Positions 29,401 to 38,906 of a stretch of 64,000 nt of DNA are shown here, piece after piece. Position numbers and translations under genes: made by a program. Below the pieces are notes generated by a model. It made no database searches, was not told where the DNA came from, and saw only the letters and a list, made by a program, of their open reading frames with translations. The stretch comes from an uncultured Bacteroidota bacterium (GTDB lineage: Bacteria; Bacteroidota; Bacteroidia; Bacteroidales; UBA12481), in assembly GCA_903851365.1 (NCBI GenBank), contig CAINOB010000002.1:12051-76050 (forward strand), given 5' to 3'. The first letter of the stretch is position 1. Each line of letters opens with the position of its first letter.

Positions 29401-29668
29401 CTGATGCAGAATGAAAAGTTGAATCTGAAACAGGGAACCAGGTAATTCCACCATCAATGGTTTTCCAAACTCCACCTCCGGTTGCACCCATATAATAAGT
29501 TAACGGGATGCCAACCACACCACTTGCTGTAAGAGATCTGCCGCCCTGGTAGGGACCGATACTGCGCCATTTCATTCCAGAAAAAAGTTGTTTGCTGAAT
29601 GTTTCAGCAGTACCAGAATACTGACTTAAGCAGATAACGATTGCCAGTGATAGGGAATAGATTTTCAT
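26486..29668 (-). CDS. BNR/sortilin (VPS10)-type double beta-propeller protein, secreted
   Basis: At least 10 S/T-x-D-x-G-x-T-W type repeats (TIDGGITW, SIDEGKTW, TKDGGKTW, STDGGDTW, SDNAGKTW, TKNGGMSW, STDDGKTW, TTNYGKTW ...) followed by a helical C-terminal region. ATG at 29668 (the track start 29674 is TTG). Confidence 0.65.
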   Translation of the reverse strand: MKIYSLSLAIVICLSQYSGTAETFSKQLFSGMKWRSIGPYQGGRSLTASGVVGIPLTYYMGATGGGVWKTIDGGITWFPVSDSTFHSASVGALAVAPNDPNVIYAGMGEAAIRNTAIMGDGIYKSIDEGKTWKHVLTLDASAIGKIIVHQKNSDIAFAAITGKMFGVNKERGIYRTKDGGKTWQQVLYKNDSTGAIDIDFDPTNPNIIYASLWQVNRKPWALASGGMGSGLYKSTDGGDTWNSLSQNPGMPKGLLGKICVAVSATNPQRVYAMIENKAHPGLYKSDNAGKTWSIASVKNDLSQRPWYFSEIFCDPNNENVLYVSNVDFWKSIDGGITFTKILQEHGDNHDMWINPNNSDNFIISDDGSASVTFNGGRTWTSEDLPTGQFYHVNLDNDFPYHAYGGQQDLGPVRIATRSYGESISRNDWYVPAGGEAGYIVPDPADPAVSYGGEYDGIMSRHDKKNEQYQSVSVYPLINDGWGANFLKNRFAWTYPISFSPWNNQVMYCTSQFVHRTKNGGMSWETISPDLTRNDPSKQLQSGGPITPDNTGAEIFCTVYAFAESPVKIGELWAGSDDGLIHLSTDDGKTWSDVTPKDLPAWLTVSIIEPSHFEAGTCFFAAHRYRLDDTRPYIYRTTNYGKTWTLITNGLAVNVYSRCVREDPNRKNLLYAGTETSAYISFNNGDNWQSLQLNLPVTPVHDMQVKKDLKDLVIATHGRGFWVLDDLTPFYQISDSVSNADYWLYQPNVAIRMDGKQLDPEKDETIKKQAGTNAPNGVIIDYYLKEKPKGEIKLVFYSSDGDSIITFSNKFDKYGKPLKKVINLYEDPKHQDDILPTDSGMNRFVWNLVYPDAKHFEEEYWSAGSLAGAKALPGNYIVKLMKGDSLLMKRNFSVVLNPKIKTSQEDLKSQFDLMMALNKKQNEIIKTILQIRGVQSQVNNFINSFSDSTKIISLKKVAKPLLDSLKIIGDTLINSRIKANEDALRYPMQLFERYNSLQDFIRTADAKPTEQENKVFEELNARLTPELRRLQVVFDKQIPAFNDAVKQLDLKVVDPGRAIKQ

Positions 29669-29808
29669 AATCAAAGTTTCTTACGGATGTTCTTTTCTAT
29701 CAGTCAATTTCAAATTGCTACTATCGCCTGAATAGGACGCATTAGGCATAGAAAAGTTTATCCAAAGGCACCCCGCCTTAATCTGTTTAGCCCGTCGGAA
29801 TCCGTTCC

Positions 29809-30186
29809 CTATAACATCTGCTTGGCTTTATTCACTGTGATTTCTAATACCCTGGTGAGCCAGGAAAATTTGCTTTTCATTAGATCAAATTCATCGCCCG
29901 ATTCGATATAGCTGGCAGTGCCATCTATCAAAAAGCCCGTTCCCGGATTATCTTTGTATCCCAAAACATCTTTGCTGCCCAAGGTTAATTTGACCTTATT
30001 GTTTACATCAACATTTTTCTCAGTTTTCCGAAAGCCGTAGGCAGGAATTAAAATACGCTCATCTTCAGTAATTACCAGGTAGGAATTCCAGGTGTTTACT
30101 AAGTGAGGTTCTACTCCCCATGACATGATAGATACAACGCCTTCATGCTTAAGTACTTCTAATAATTTCTCGTTTAATTTGCTCAC
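29809..30186 (-). CDS. Pyridoxamine 5'-phosphate oxidase-like FMN-binding split-barrel family protein
   Basis: The core LEVLKHEGVVSIMSWGVEPHLVNTWNSYLVITEDERILIPAYGF...GTGFLIDGTASY is typical of small PNPOx-family proteins. The track ORF starts at a TTG (30273) and its first 29 codons contain a promoter-like box, so I prefer the GTG at 30186. The start remains uncertain. Confidence 0.6.
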   Translation of the reverse strand: MSKLNEKLLEVLKHEGVVSIMSWGVEPHLVNTWNSYLVITEDERILIPAYGFRKTEKNVDVNNKVKLTLGSKDVLGYKDNPGTGFLIDGTASYIESGDEFDLMKSKFSWLTRVLEITVNKAKQML

Positions 30187-30214
30187 GGTATTTGTTATAT
30201 TTCGTTTAACGAAG

Positions 30215-30222
30215 CAAACATA
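30215..30222 (-). promoter_or_regulatory. Candidate Bacteroidota -7 promoter box (TAnnTTTG)
   Basis: The minus strand reads TATGTTTG, 28 nt upstream of the preferred GTG start of the PNPOx-like gene. It is a single short motif match only. Confidence 0.3.
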
Positions 30223-30458
30223 CCCTATAAAGGGCTGATAAAAATTTAACAGGATTAAGAAATTGTGCTCCAATTAAAAGCTACCACCTCGTTTTCATTT
30301 AAATCAATGAATCTTCTTATATGTTGGATTATATTCATTTTTTTAAAAAGTCTTTCATCGCTTCCAAGTAATATTGGTTCCAGCCCTCCAACACCGCATT
30401 GATATTTTACCCAAATTTGGCTGAAATATAATTAATAAAGTAAATCAAACCAGACACC

Positions 30459-32150
30459 ATGAAATCAAACCGAATACTTGCCTTGTTGGCTGCCGCCCTC
30501 ATTTTCGGCAATACTGCAATAGCCCAACATGATCCTGTTGCGATGGGGTTACATGCCATTACTAAGGAAGCAATAAAGGGCCAGCTGGATTTTCTGGCTT
30601 CTGACTGGATGGAGGGACGCGAAACATCAACCAGGGGCGAATTTATGGCAGGCGATTATATCTCTTCTGTTTTTCAAATCTATGGACTTCAACCAGCCGG
30701 TGATATGGTGGGTGGCGGGTACAATTTCAGCATGGATCAGGCCTATCTGTTCATGTCGGGCAGCCGGCCCAAAATGAATCCGCCCAGTAGGGGTTATTTC
30801 CAGAATATCCCTTTCGTTCAGACGCTCAAGAGTGAATCTTCCATGGAACTGATTTCTCAGGAAGGAAATCAACAGCGTAAATTTGTTTTGACCAAGGGAA
30901 GTGACTATTCGGTCCAGGCCACAGGAACTGGTCAGGAGATTACCGCATCGATTGTTTTTATCGGATACGGATATAAGAATGATTCACTGGGATATGACGA
31001 TTTTAAGGGCCTCGACCTGAAGGGGAAAATCGTTCTCAGAATCAATGGACTGCCGGGAAATCGGGATACTACATCCATGGCTTATAAAAAACTGAATTTG
31101 AAAGACAGAAACACCTTATATCAGTCATACCAGGTTAAAGACAATCTGCTCAGGAAATATGAGGTGGCCGGCGTGATCGATTACCCTGGCTTCAGAATGG
31201 GAAATCCCGTCAATATTCCCTTCCGATATAACACCAGGATATACGAGGGCGAGAAACCATTGAATTCAAACTTATTGAACATAAGTCTTCCTGTCGACAC
31301 CCTTGCCGCTTCGGTGATTATTATTTCCCTGGCACCAAAGGTGGTAACGGAAATCATGAACGGATCGGGAATCAATATCAAAGAATTTGAGGAAAATGCC
31401 GCAACAAAACTCAAGACGGGCTCCAGAGAGATTAAGGGTAAATCAATCCATCTGACCGCTTCCACGACTACTCAGACTGTTCGCGGGCGCAATGTTCTGG
31501 CCATGATAGAAGGAGAAAATCCCAATGAGATTGTCGTAGTGGGTGCTCATTATGATCACCTTGGAACCTACAATGGCTATATCTGGAACGGTTCTGATGA
31601 TAATGCTTCCGGAACAGTGGGTGTCATGACACTTGCAAAAGCTTTTGTAGCAACAGGAGTTAAACCCAAAAAGACGATCATTTTTGCCGCCTGGACAGGA
31701 GAGGAAAAAGGCTTGCTGGGTTCACAATATTTTGTTGACAAGTACCCTCACCAGGAGAATCTTGTTCTCGACCTGAACTTCGATATGATTTCCCGTCGGC
31801 CGGAAAAGGACACTTCCGGATTCAAAGCGGGCATGGATTATACGGAAGCCTTTCCGGTATTGAAGGATTTGGTGGAAAAGGCCAATACCCAGTATGAACT
31901 TGGACTGGACATTAAGTTCAGGCCCGCCAAACAACCGACCGGAGGCACTGATTTTGAGGCGTTTGCACAGAAGAAAGTTCCGGTTTACGGATTTGACGCC
32001 GCATTTACAACTGATTATCATGGTCCTATGGATCATTCAGACAAGGCCAACCTCGATTTGATGCAAAAAATCATCAAAGCCGGTTTTATCAGCCTGTATG
32101 AACTGGCCAACACAGAAGGGAAGATCAGAACAAACGAATTGAAAAAATAG
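30459..32150 (+). CDS. M28 family metallopeptidase with PA-type insert, secreted
   Basis: Signal peptide present. M28 motifs GAHYDHLG, GSDDNASGTVGVMTLAKAF and FAAWTGEEKGLLGSQYF. Confidence 0.8.
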   Translation: MKSNRILALLAAALIFGNTAIAQHDPVAMGLHAITKEAIKGQLDFLASDWMEGRETSTRGEFMAGDYISSVFQIYGLQPAGDMVGGGYNFSMDQAYLFMSGSRPKMNPPSRGYFQNIPFVQTLKSESSMELISQEGNQQRKFVLTKGSDYSVQATGTGQEITASIVFIGYGYKNDSLGYDDFKGLDLKGKIVLRINGLPGNRDTTSMAYKKLNLKDRNTLYQSYQVKDNLLRKYEVAGVIDYPGFRMGNPVNIPFRYNTRIYEGEKPLNSNLLNISLPVDTLAASVIIISLAPKVVTEIMNGSGINIKEFEENAATKLKTGSREIKGKSIHLTASTTTQTVRGRNVLAMIEGENPNEIVVVGAHYDHLGTYNGYIWNGSDDNASGTVGVMTLAKAFVATGVKPKKTIIFAAWTGEEKGLLGSQYFVDKYPHQENLVLDLNFDMISRRPEKDTSGFKAGMDYTEAFPVLKDLVEKANTQYELGLDIKFRPAKQPTGGTDFEAFAQKKVPVYGFDAAFTTDYHGPMDHSDKANLDLMQKIIKAGFISLYELANTEGKIRTNELKK

Positions 32151-32154
32151 AGAA

Positions 32155-34491
32155 TCAGCTGAGTGGATAGGTCTTACCGGCTGCGGTGTCCAATGTCCAG
32201 CTCTTGTCGCCATAAATGACTTTGCACGGGAGGCCTGCCCCGGAATGGATCACTGCCCGGGTGAGTTGACCATTGTTCCAGCTCAGATCAACCTCGAATC
32301 CACCGCGTGCACAGAGGCCGGTAACTTTTCCGGATGGCCATGCCTTGGGCAGTGCGGGGAGCAGATGAATGCCTCCCGTGTGACTTTGCACCAGCATCTC
32401 GCAGATTCCAGCTGTCGCACCAAAATTGCCGTCGATCTGGAAGGGCGGATGGGCGTCGAACAGGTTTGGATAAACACCTGCGCCACTCTCCCCGTAAATG
32501 GTTTTCGTCCCGTGGACAACGTTCAGCAAGCTTCGCAGCATGGTGTAGGCGTGATCGCCGTCCCACAGCCGCGACCAGAAATTGATCTTCCAGGCGCGGC
32601 TCCAGCCGGTGCTTTTGTCGCCGCGGGCTTGTAAGGAAACGCGGGCAGCTTCGGCAAGTGCGGGTGTGTTTGCCCGGGTAATCTGGTGCCCGGGGTACAA
32701 CGCGAACAGATGGGAAACGTGCCGATGGTCATCTTTGGGATCGTCCTTATCGGCTTCCCACTCCTGCAGTTGTCCCCAGCGTCCGATCTTCGGCTTGAGC
32801 AGTTTGTCGCGCAGGCCAGCGATGTGATCCCGGAATTCCTTATCATCGCCGAGGACATCGGCGGCTTCAATCGTGTTGGTGAACAGGTCGTAAATGATCT
32901 CCTGATCGTAGGTCACACCTTCTTCGGCGGGGCCATGCTCGGGCGACCAGCCGTCGGGTGTGACGAGCGTGCCGTCGGGTCTCCGCTTCAGGTGATCGTC
33001 CCAGAACTGGCAAACTTCCTTTAGAACGGGATAGGCGGAGTTTCGGAGATAGTCCTGATCCCGGCCAAAGGCGAAATGTTCCCACAAATGCTGCGCATAC
33101 CAGGCGCTGGCGGGCGGGTTCCATTTCCAATACGAAACACCGCAGGCGTTGTTCATTGTCTGGACAGTCCAGCCCCTGACCTTACCGTAGTTTCTTTGCG
33201 TATTCTTCGCGCTCACCTCGCGGATACTGGTGACATAGTCGATAAGCGGTTGGTGGCATTCCGCGAGATTGGTTGGCTCGGCCGGCCAGTAGTTCATTTC
33301 CAGGTTGATGTTCGAGTGGTAGTCGCCGGCCCAGGCGGGCTCGTTGCTGTCGTTCCAGACTCCCTGGAGATTGGCTGGCAAAGATCCCGGGCGCGAACAA
33401 CTGATTAGCAGATAGCGGCCGTACTGACAGAGCAGGGCTTCAAGATTGGGATCGACCGTCGTATTTTTTACGTAGTCCTCCAGCCGCGCCAGCGTGGTCC
33501 TGTCCAGCAGGTCAGGTGCAGTGGTTCCCACATCGAGGGAAAAACGATGGAAGAGGGATTGATAATCTTTTACATGACGCGACAGTAACTCCTTCACGCT
33601 CTGACTGGCAGCGGAATCCACCCGCTTCTTGACGGCAGCATGCGGATGTTCACCCAGCCACTGCTTGTTGTGATCCTGGAGGAAGTTCGTGCCCGCCCCG
33701 AGTATCAGTGTAAGGCTGTCGCATTGGTCGAAGGCCAGATTGGTGGTGGGCACGGCAATGTCCCATTGGTTTTTGGCCGATGCCCCGTCATCTTTCGCTG
33801 CGATGGCGCCTTTTTTATTCAGCACGAGCAATTGGGCTTCATATTCAAAACCGTTCTCCAATTTGCCCACCGAGCTGATCCTATTGCCATCGGCGGCAAT
33901 CCGGGCCTGGTGCATGTCGGCAAGCTGAACGCGGCCACTATAGGCAGCGGGCTTGTTCGCAGTCAGGTGGATCACCATGACCCCGTCGGGATGACTGGCG
34001 AAGGCTGTGCGTTGATAGCGCACGCCGTTGTATTCGTAGGTCACCTGATGAACGGCGCGATCAATATCGAGCTCCTGCCGGTAATCGGTCACCTTGGAGA
34101 AATCATGCCCGAGATGGATGAAGATATCGCCAAACGCCTGATAGGAGCCCATGTTTTGGCCTTCATCACCCAGACCGTCAACGGCCATTCGATCTCCGCC
34201 CCAGAGACTGATCTCATTGAACTGGATCCGCTCGATCGCGGTGCCGCCGAAGAGCATCGCCCCCATGGGTCCATTGCCGATCGGAAAGGCTTCAGTCATC
34301 CAGGCTTCTGCCGGACGGTCAGACCATAAGCATAATTTCCCCGTTGAGTCAGCCCGGTCAGTTTTGTCCCGCATCGGGGCAGCCAGGCCAGTTAGTGGGC
34401 TAAGGCCAATAGCGGCAGTAGCCAGCGAGGATGAATACAAGAAGTGACGCCGCGAAATGGCATTCTCCGGTGTTTGTGATTTTTTAGCCAT
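32155..34491 (-). CDS. GH95 family alpha-L-fucosidase/alpha-L-galactosidase with TAT signal
   Basis: [17 protein letters not shown] is a TAT-type signal. Canonical GH95 blocks: [38 protein letters not shown] and [27 protein letters not shown]. It is markedly GC-rich, which explains the many spurious ORFs on both strands. Confidence 0.85.
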   Translation of the reverse strand: MAKKSQTPENAISRRHFLYSSSLATAAIGLSPLTGLAAPMRDKTDRADSTGKLCLWSDRPAEAWMTEAFPIGNGPMGAMLFGGTAIERIQFNEISLWGGDRMAVDGLGDEGQNMGSYQAFGDIFIHLGHDFSKVTDYRQELDIDRAVHQVTYEYNGVRYQRTAFASHPDGVMVIHLTANKPAAYSGRVQLADMHQARIAADGNRISSVGKLENGFEYEAQLLVLNKKGAIAAKDDGASAKNQWDIAVPTTNLAFDQCDSLTLILGAGTNFLQDHNKQWLGEHPHAAVKKRVDSAASQSVKELLSRHVKDYQSLFHRFSLDVGTTAPDLLDRTTLARLEDYVKNTTVDPNLEALLCQYGRYLLISCSRPGSLPANLQGVWNDSNEPAWAGDYHSNINLEMNYWPAEPTNLAECHQPLIDYVTSIREVSAKNTQRNYGKVRGWTVQTMNNACGVSYWKWNPPASAWYAQHLWEHFAFGRDQDYLRNSAYPVLKEVCQFWDDHLKRRPDGTLVTPDGWSPEHGPAEEGVTYDQEIIYDLFTNTIEAADVLGDDKEFRDHIAGLRDKLLKPKIGRWGQLQEWEADKDDPKDDHRHVSHLFALYPGHQITRANTPALAEAARVSLQARGDKSTGWSRAWKINFWSRLWDGDHAYTMLRSLLNVVHGTKTIYGESGAGVYPNLFDAHPPFQIDGNFGATAGICEMLVQSHTGGIHLLPALPKAWPSGKVTGLCARGGFEVDLSWNNGQLTRAVIHSGAGLPCKVIYGDKSWTLDTAAGKTYPLS

Positions 34492-34615
34492 ATAATATTT
34501 TATTTTTCGCTGATCAGGATTTGCACTGGCCCCAGCAGACCGGAAGGAAGGAGTTTACTACCGGTCTACCAAGGCTGATGATGAAAATCGGGCGTTTTTT
34601 CATAGCTGGTCAATT

Positions 34616-35611
34616 TTAAATTTCTTTGATCAGCCAGGAATGAGTATCGGTTCCAATTCTTTCTCCCATTTTAACAGAAGTTTCATAGCCCTTTGCCGTA
34701 TTGACTAATAAATTCTCATCAATGTGAATTTTATTTTTTTCAAAAAGGAGTACTACCGTTGAGCCTCCAAATTTGAAGTAGCCCTTCTCTTCGCCTTTAT
34801 TTGCAGAACTTCCTTTAAAAGTTTGTTCGATGCTTCCTACCATGGTGGCACCAACTTCGACCATAATAACATCACCAAACAAAGGATTTGAAATGATGGC
34901 ATATTCCCGTTTGTTCAGACAGAATATTTCAGCCTTTTTTCGTAAAGCAAAGGGGTTGACTGAATAATAGACACCATTAATCTTTTTGTTTGGAGACAAA
35001 TCTCCACTCACCGGAAAATGAAAACGATGGTAATCGACCGGAGCCAGCCGGATGATGAGCAGTGCGCCATCATGGTACTTTTGTGCGAGATCAGGATTAT
35101 CCAAAAAAGAGGATATATTAAAGCGATATCCCTTTATAATAAAATCGGAGTTACTAATATCGGAATAAGCCAAAATCTTTCCATCTGCAGGTGATACAAC
35201 AATATTGGAGCAGGTATCAACCGGTCTTGCGCCATCCTTCAGTTTTCGCGTAAAAAAATCGTTGAAATTTTTGAACTCCTGTTCTTGAGCAACGCTCATA
35301 TCAATATCAAAATCTTCAATAAAGGGTTTTATCTTTTTCGCTGAAGAAGTACGATCCATCATATTACCGTAAATCGATGAAACCAGCTTTCTATTCGCCA
35401 ACGCCCACAAGGTTGCTTCTCCTATTGGATTGTAATACAACCATACCAACCACTTTTCGCCGGCCACCTTTTCGGTTTTTAGCTGCCCGCTTTCTCTTTC
35501 AAAATATTGAATGGGATTCTGATGCGGCAGAGGATAAATGGCCAGGCTGATGATTGCTGCAAGCAACAACACAATGATGCCCCACCTCTTTTTAGCTTTT
35601 GATATTTTCAT
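34616..35611 (-). CDS. psd: Phosphatidylserine decarboxylase proenzyme, long GGST-type
   Basis: N-terminal TM helix. The autocleavage motif sits in YFKFGGSTVVLLF near the C-terminus. Blocks SPADGKI and LAPVDYHRFHFP are typical of Psd. Confidence 0.75.
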   Translation of the reverse strand: MKISKAKKRWGIIVLLLAAIISLAIYPLPHQNPIQYFERESGQLKTEKVAGEKWLVWLYYNPIGEATLWALANRKLVSSIYGNMMDRTSSAKKIKPFIEDFDIDMSVAQEQEFKNFNDFFTRKLKDGARPVDTCSNIVVSPADGKILAYSDISNSDFIIKGYRFNISSFLDNPDLAQKYHDGALLIIRLAPVDYHRFHFPVSGDLSPNKKINGVYYSVNPFALRKKAEIFCLNKREYAIISNPLFGDVIMVEVGATMVGSIEQTFKGSSANKGEEKGYFKFGGSTVVLLFEKNKIHIDENLLVNTAKGYETSVKMGERIGTDTHSWLIKEI

Positions 35612-35665
35612 GTTTGTGTTGTTTGTGTGCTTACTCTACCCGGGTTTACTATAGTTTGAAATTAT

Positions 35666-35707
35666 CATTAGTCATTTTCTTCGTAGTAACAGGAATAGTC
35701 AATACCT
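35666..35707. repeat. Direct repeat copy A (42 bp) flanking the hipBA cassette
   Basis: cattagtcattttcttcgtagtaacaggaatagtcaatacct matches 37309..37350 at 39 of 42 positions (hand alignment). It contains the hipA stop codon. Confidence 0.85.
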
Positions 35708-36949
35708 GAACGCTGAACTCATGATTTCTATTTCATTGCGCGATATTCCGGTTTGTCTGGCAATTTTTTCCCAATTGATAACAGACTTCTTAACCGTGGA
35801 TAGGATAGCTTCCGCCTCATTTTTGTTTAGTCTGAAATACTCAGAAACCTGGAGGGCAATACCAAAATCAAGCACTCCGCTGGTTTCGTCAATGGTAAGT
35901 GATAATTCTTCCTTGTCAATGGACGGGTTGAGGTCGAATGCGGGACTCAGCCTCCAGTTACCCTGATCAATGATGAATCCATGATTGCGTAAATGATCGT
36001 CGGTATTGGATATGGCGATATTAAAAATGATTCTTTTCCAAAGTTCATGGAGATCATCTTTGGGGTTCCCACTATGATTCTGAATAAATAGTGCAATATC
36101 AAGATATCCGGCAGGATTGTCACGGATAGTATCTTCGTTATTACCAGTAAGTGTCATAGCCGAAGCAAAGTGAATCCTCTCACCGTCCTGCCTGTCGAAT
36201 CTTTTTGTAAAGAATGTATGGAAGGCACCTGAAACTTTTTCAATTCTCGATTCAGCCATATGGATTCCTGCGGATAGAGCAAGCCGGTAAGCCAGATACT
36301 CCCACTTTGCTTTATCAATGCGATCGTTCCTTGAGGGGAACTTAGCTATCCAGGGATGACCATTTTTATCCAGGATATTGGCTTTGGGTCTGGCACCTCC
36401 CAGCGAAGATCCCGGAGCCATTAACAAAACAAGCCACTTGTTAAGGTTTTTAGTTGATTTATCAGATTCCACCAGGCCTGCAATACGCTGCAACTCGCCA
36501 ACTGAAGTCCAGGGTGGAACCGGGGAGTTCTGGTCATCACTCAAAAAGGGGCCGAGAGGATCAATTTTGTATCGTAAGGCACCCATCCTGCAGGTATCGG
36601 AAACACCAAGCAAAAAGTCAATGTCGTACAGCAAGGGAGCGATTTTACCATCTTTACTGGCTTGCAAGGCCGCCTTTCTTTTCATGAGATTTTTTCCCCA
36701 GGAATCAGGCATTGAATCGAGAAATACTCCAAAGTTTTCTTTTTTATCCGGAAACTGCGGGCCCGAAAAGAAGCCTATATCCGGATCCAAAAGACGCAGT
36801 TCCTTTCCTTTAAGCCAGCGCTTATCATATTCAAAGCTGAATGATTTACGGCCTTTGCCCTGGTGAGCCGACAATATGCCAATAAGAACCGGTTCCGGCA
36901 TCCCTAACCAATGTGCATAAACAAACAGTTCTGTTTTATCTGCTGACAT
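35699..36949 (-). CDS. hipA: HipA-family serine/threonine kinase toxin
   Basis: 416 aa with the HipA N-terminal coupling region, SLGGARPKANI and the catalytic-loop block ISNTDDHLRNHGF. It lies 2 nt downstream of an XRE-HTH gene. Confidence 0.85.
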   Translation of the reverse strand: MSADKTELFVYAHWLGMPEPVLIGILSAHQGKGRKSFSFEYDKRWLKGKELRLLDPDIGFFSGPQFPDKKENFGVFLDSMPDSWGKNLMKRKAALQASKDGKIAPLLYDIDFLLGVSDTCRMGALRYKIDPLGPFLSDDQNSPVPPWTSVGELQRIAGLVESDKSTKNLNKWLVLLMAPGSSLGGARPKANILDKNGHPWIAKFPSRNDRIDKAKWEYLAYRLALSAGIHMAESRIEKVSGAFHTFFTKRFDRQDGERIHFASAMTLTGNNEDTIRDNPAGYLDIALFIQNHSGNPKDDLHELWKRIIFNIAISNTDDHLRNHGFIIDQGNWRLSPAFDLNPSIDKEELSLTIDETSGVLDFGIALQVSEYFRLNKNEAEAILSTVKKSVINWEKIARQTGISRNEIEIMSSAFRY

Positions 36950-36951
36950 GA

Positions 36952-37248
36952 TTATTTTTTACCAAGGAGTTCAATATCCCGGAGCTTTTTTCCGAGTTCA
37001 TCATCGGCAGCCAGTTTCAGGAAATCGTCCTGTAAACCGAGTACACGCATTACATTAAATACAGCACCTACAGATACCCCCGGATTTCCTTTTTCAATCA
37101 GGTAAAGGGTATTTCTGGAGATATCGGCGCGTTCGGCAACCTGGATGGTTGTCAGTTTGCGACGTTTTCTTGCGAGCTTAATATTTTCACCAAATACTTC
37201 GAATATTCTCTGGTGTTTTGGAAATAGAACCTGTTTCTTCGAATTCAT
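36952..37248 (-). CDS. hipB: XRE-family helix-turn-helix antitoxin (HipB-like)
   Basis: HTH LTTIQVAERADISRNTLYLIEKGNPGVS. The ATG at 37248 (MNSKKQ...) is preferred over the track start 37311, which would read through the promoter-like region and repeat copy B. Confidence 0.75.
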   Translation of the reverse strand: MNSKKQVLFPKHQRIFEVFGENIKLARKRRKLTTIQVAERADISRNTLYLIEKGNPGVSVGAVFNVMRVLGLQDDFLKLAADDELGKKLRDIELLGKK

Positions 37249-37253
37249 TTTTA

Positions 37254-37302
37254 TACTATATTCTGAGCAAAAATAATGAATATGTTTGTAATATAGTACA
37301 AA
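37254..37302 (-). promoter_or_regulatory. Candidate hipBA promoter with flanking inverted repeat (possible HipB operator)
   Basis: The minus strand has TTTG (37299-37302) and TATTTTTG (37268-37275, which fits TAnnTTTG) 19 nt upstream of the hipB ATG. A 9-bp inverted repeat, TACTATATT (37254-37262) / AATATAGTA (37290-37298), brackets the -7 box. The region is AT-rich, so chance matches are possible. Confidence 0.35.
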
Positions 37303-37308
37303 ATTTTT

Positions 37309-37350
37309 CATTAGTCATTTCCTTCGTAGTAATAGGAGTAGTCAATACCT
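37309..37350. repeat. Direct repeat copy B (42 bp) flanking the hipBA cassette
   Basis: cattagtcatttccttcgtagtaataggagtagtcaatacct matches copy A (35666..35707) at 39/42. Confidence 0.85.
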
Positions 37351-37406
37351 TCCATAAACACTTCGCGGTCGTCAAAGAAACGTATGGATATTTTTGCGTT
37401 ACTCAT
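37311..37406 (-). other. 31-codon ORF whose 3' end is repeat copy B (possible remnant of a disrupted gene)
   Basis: My translation is MSNAKISIRFFDDREVFMEGIDYSYYYEGND*. The last 12 codons plus the stop lie in the repeat. Copy A would encode GIDYSCYYEEND* in the same relative frame. Whether it is expressed is unknown. Confidence 0.2.
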
Positions 37407-37517
37407 AATTTTAATGTCTTTTATTCTGTCTCTCTGTGCGCTGGCCCCAAGGATTGCGCGAACGATCCAAATAGGTAAGCATAGGGAATAGCGGTAGTTT
37501 GCTTTGTTTCTTGAGTT

Positions 37518-38717
37518 CTATCTCAACGTAAAGATCCGGACAATAGGATTATCCTCAGGATCCATATTTCTAACCAATTCAATCAATTGTTCTCTTTTCT
37601 CTGGATGAGTAATCTCAATTTCAAGCTGCTCTTTTTCAATAGCTTCCTGTAGATCGATGATATTCAATACCTCTGCTATTTTACCGTCCCAAGTATCGAC
37701 AATTATCACTTCACCAAGTCCATCAATATCATTGTTTATTCCTTGTAAGTCTTCATTAGAAAGAAACTTTGTTTTGGGTTTTTTTGGTCGAAATAGTTGA
37801 TTTGATTTTATGTTGTATACCAATGGAATACGTTCTTCTCCAAACTTAGGAAGGTGTGCATAAAGCAAAAAATAATCCCCAATACTTCTTAAATAAAGGA
37901 TAGAGTTGTATGCCCATACTCCGGGATTATTAGCTATGTAGAAGGTCGGTGAATGATTTTCCCCTAAGTTGATTTTAAATAGGGCCGAGAGTCCGTCTTC
38001 ATGATTCTTATAGACTGTATCATAACAGAATTCTTGCATAAATAACTCACCATTGTCGATCCAGTAATTTGAGAATCCGGTTCGATTTCCTTTTGCAATA
38101 CTCTCGTTGGTAATGTAATGGTATTGTTTTTTCTCTTGAAACGTACTATCGAGAATTCTAACCAACGGAAAGTCTGCAACTTGTTGATCAGGTCTTCTAA
38201 GTACCACCTGAATATCACCCTCTCTATTGAAGAAAACTTTTTGGAATGCACGTTTGTAATGTGAAGAATAATTGAATTCATCCAGATATTTACCTTCAAT
38301 CGAGTAGATCAGGATTTTTTTTGAGGTCTCATCGTGAACTAGGATTTTAGGATCTTTGGGGTGAAAATAGACATCCTGAAAACCTAGAAATTCACCAGGC
38401 CCTTTACCTTGTCTTCCAATAATTCGGATAAATTTACCATTGGATTCAAACAGTATCAAGCGGTTCTCTCGGACAGCTTTTATCAAAATATATTTGTTAT
38501 GGATAATGGGTATGCCAAGTGAAAAATGCGCGTTTGGAAGGTTTTCTAACTTAACATAGCTAACATCAGACACAATTTCACTGAGTTTAAAATCTCTAAC
38601 ATTTTGATAACCTTCCAAAATGTCTATTTCAACAATTTCATTTTTTGTGTCCGATAAAGTTGTGCATGTAGCTGTAAAAAAGCAGAGCACAATAACAAGG
38701 ATGATTTTTGATTTCAT
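37518..38717 (-). CDS. Lipoprotein, probably a 6-bladed beta-propeller (BF3164-like family)
   Basis: Lipobox (VLCFFTATC). Its length, repetitive beta-strand-like pattern and very AT-rich composition resemble the paralogous 6-bladed beta-propeller lipoproteins of Bacteroidales. Assigned from memory only. Confidence 0.45.
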   Translation of the reverse strand: MKSKIILVIVLCFFTATCTTLSDTKNEIVEIDILEGYQNVRDFKLSEIVSDVSYVKLENLPNAHFSLGIPIIHNKYILIKAVRENRLILFESNGKFIRIIGRQGKGPGEFLGFQDVYFHPKDPKILVHDETSKKILIYSIEGKYLDEFNYSSHYKRAFQKVFFNREGDIQVVLRRPDQQVADFPLVRILDSTFQEKKQYHYITNESIAKGNRTGFSNYWIDNGELFMQEFCYDTVYKNHEDGLSALFKINLGENHSPTFYIANNPGVWAYNSILYLRSIGDYFLLYAHLPKFGEERIPLVYNIKSNQLFRPKKPKTKFLSNEDLQGINNDIDGLGEVIIVDTWDGKIAEVLNIIDLQEAIEKEQLEIEITHPEKREQLIELVRNMDPEDNPIVRIFTLR

Positions 38718-38906
38718 ATTTCTAATATTACCACTAACGAGTCAATACTCGAAAACTTTCGGGTATCTGATATATAGTAGTCCTGTTTATCATATTGAAA
38801 ATCAATGTGAAATACTCAAAACCAAATTTACTTATTCTTCTGAAACAATAGGAAGTGCAAATCTGAGTGGTTTTGGCTCATTCTGCCATTTATGCGGAGG
38901 CAGCTA

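Noticed and set aside
32245-34447. About a dozen ORFs of 60-229 aa on both strands overlapping the GH95 gene.
   Set aside because: They overlap a full-length gene with unmistakable GH95 motifs. Their translations are Arg/Ala/Gly/Pro-rich low-complexity sequence, typical of stop-poor alternative frames in GC-rich DNA. The same reasoning applies to the ORF clusters at 38996-40430, 40725-42439 and 42892-44728.
34537-34567. Hairpin (AGACCGG ... CCGGTCT, 7-bp stem, 17-nt loop) between psd and the GH95 gene, considered as a terminator.
   Set aside because: The stem is short, the loop is large and no U-tract follows on the transcribed strand. That is not enough to call a terminator.
37311-37406. 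The N-terminus of the 31-aa ORF (MSNAKISIRFFDDREV) reminded me of N-termini of some phage-type DNA-binding (KilA-N/Bro-N-like) proteins.
   Set aside because: The match is about 15 residues recalled from memory, which is too weak to assert. It is reported only as a possible remnant.
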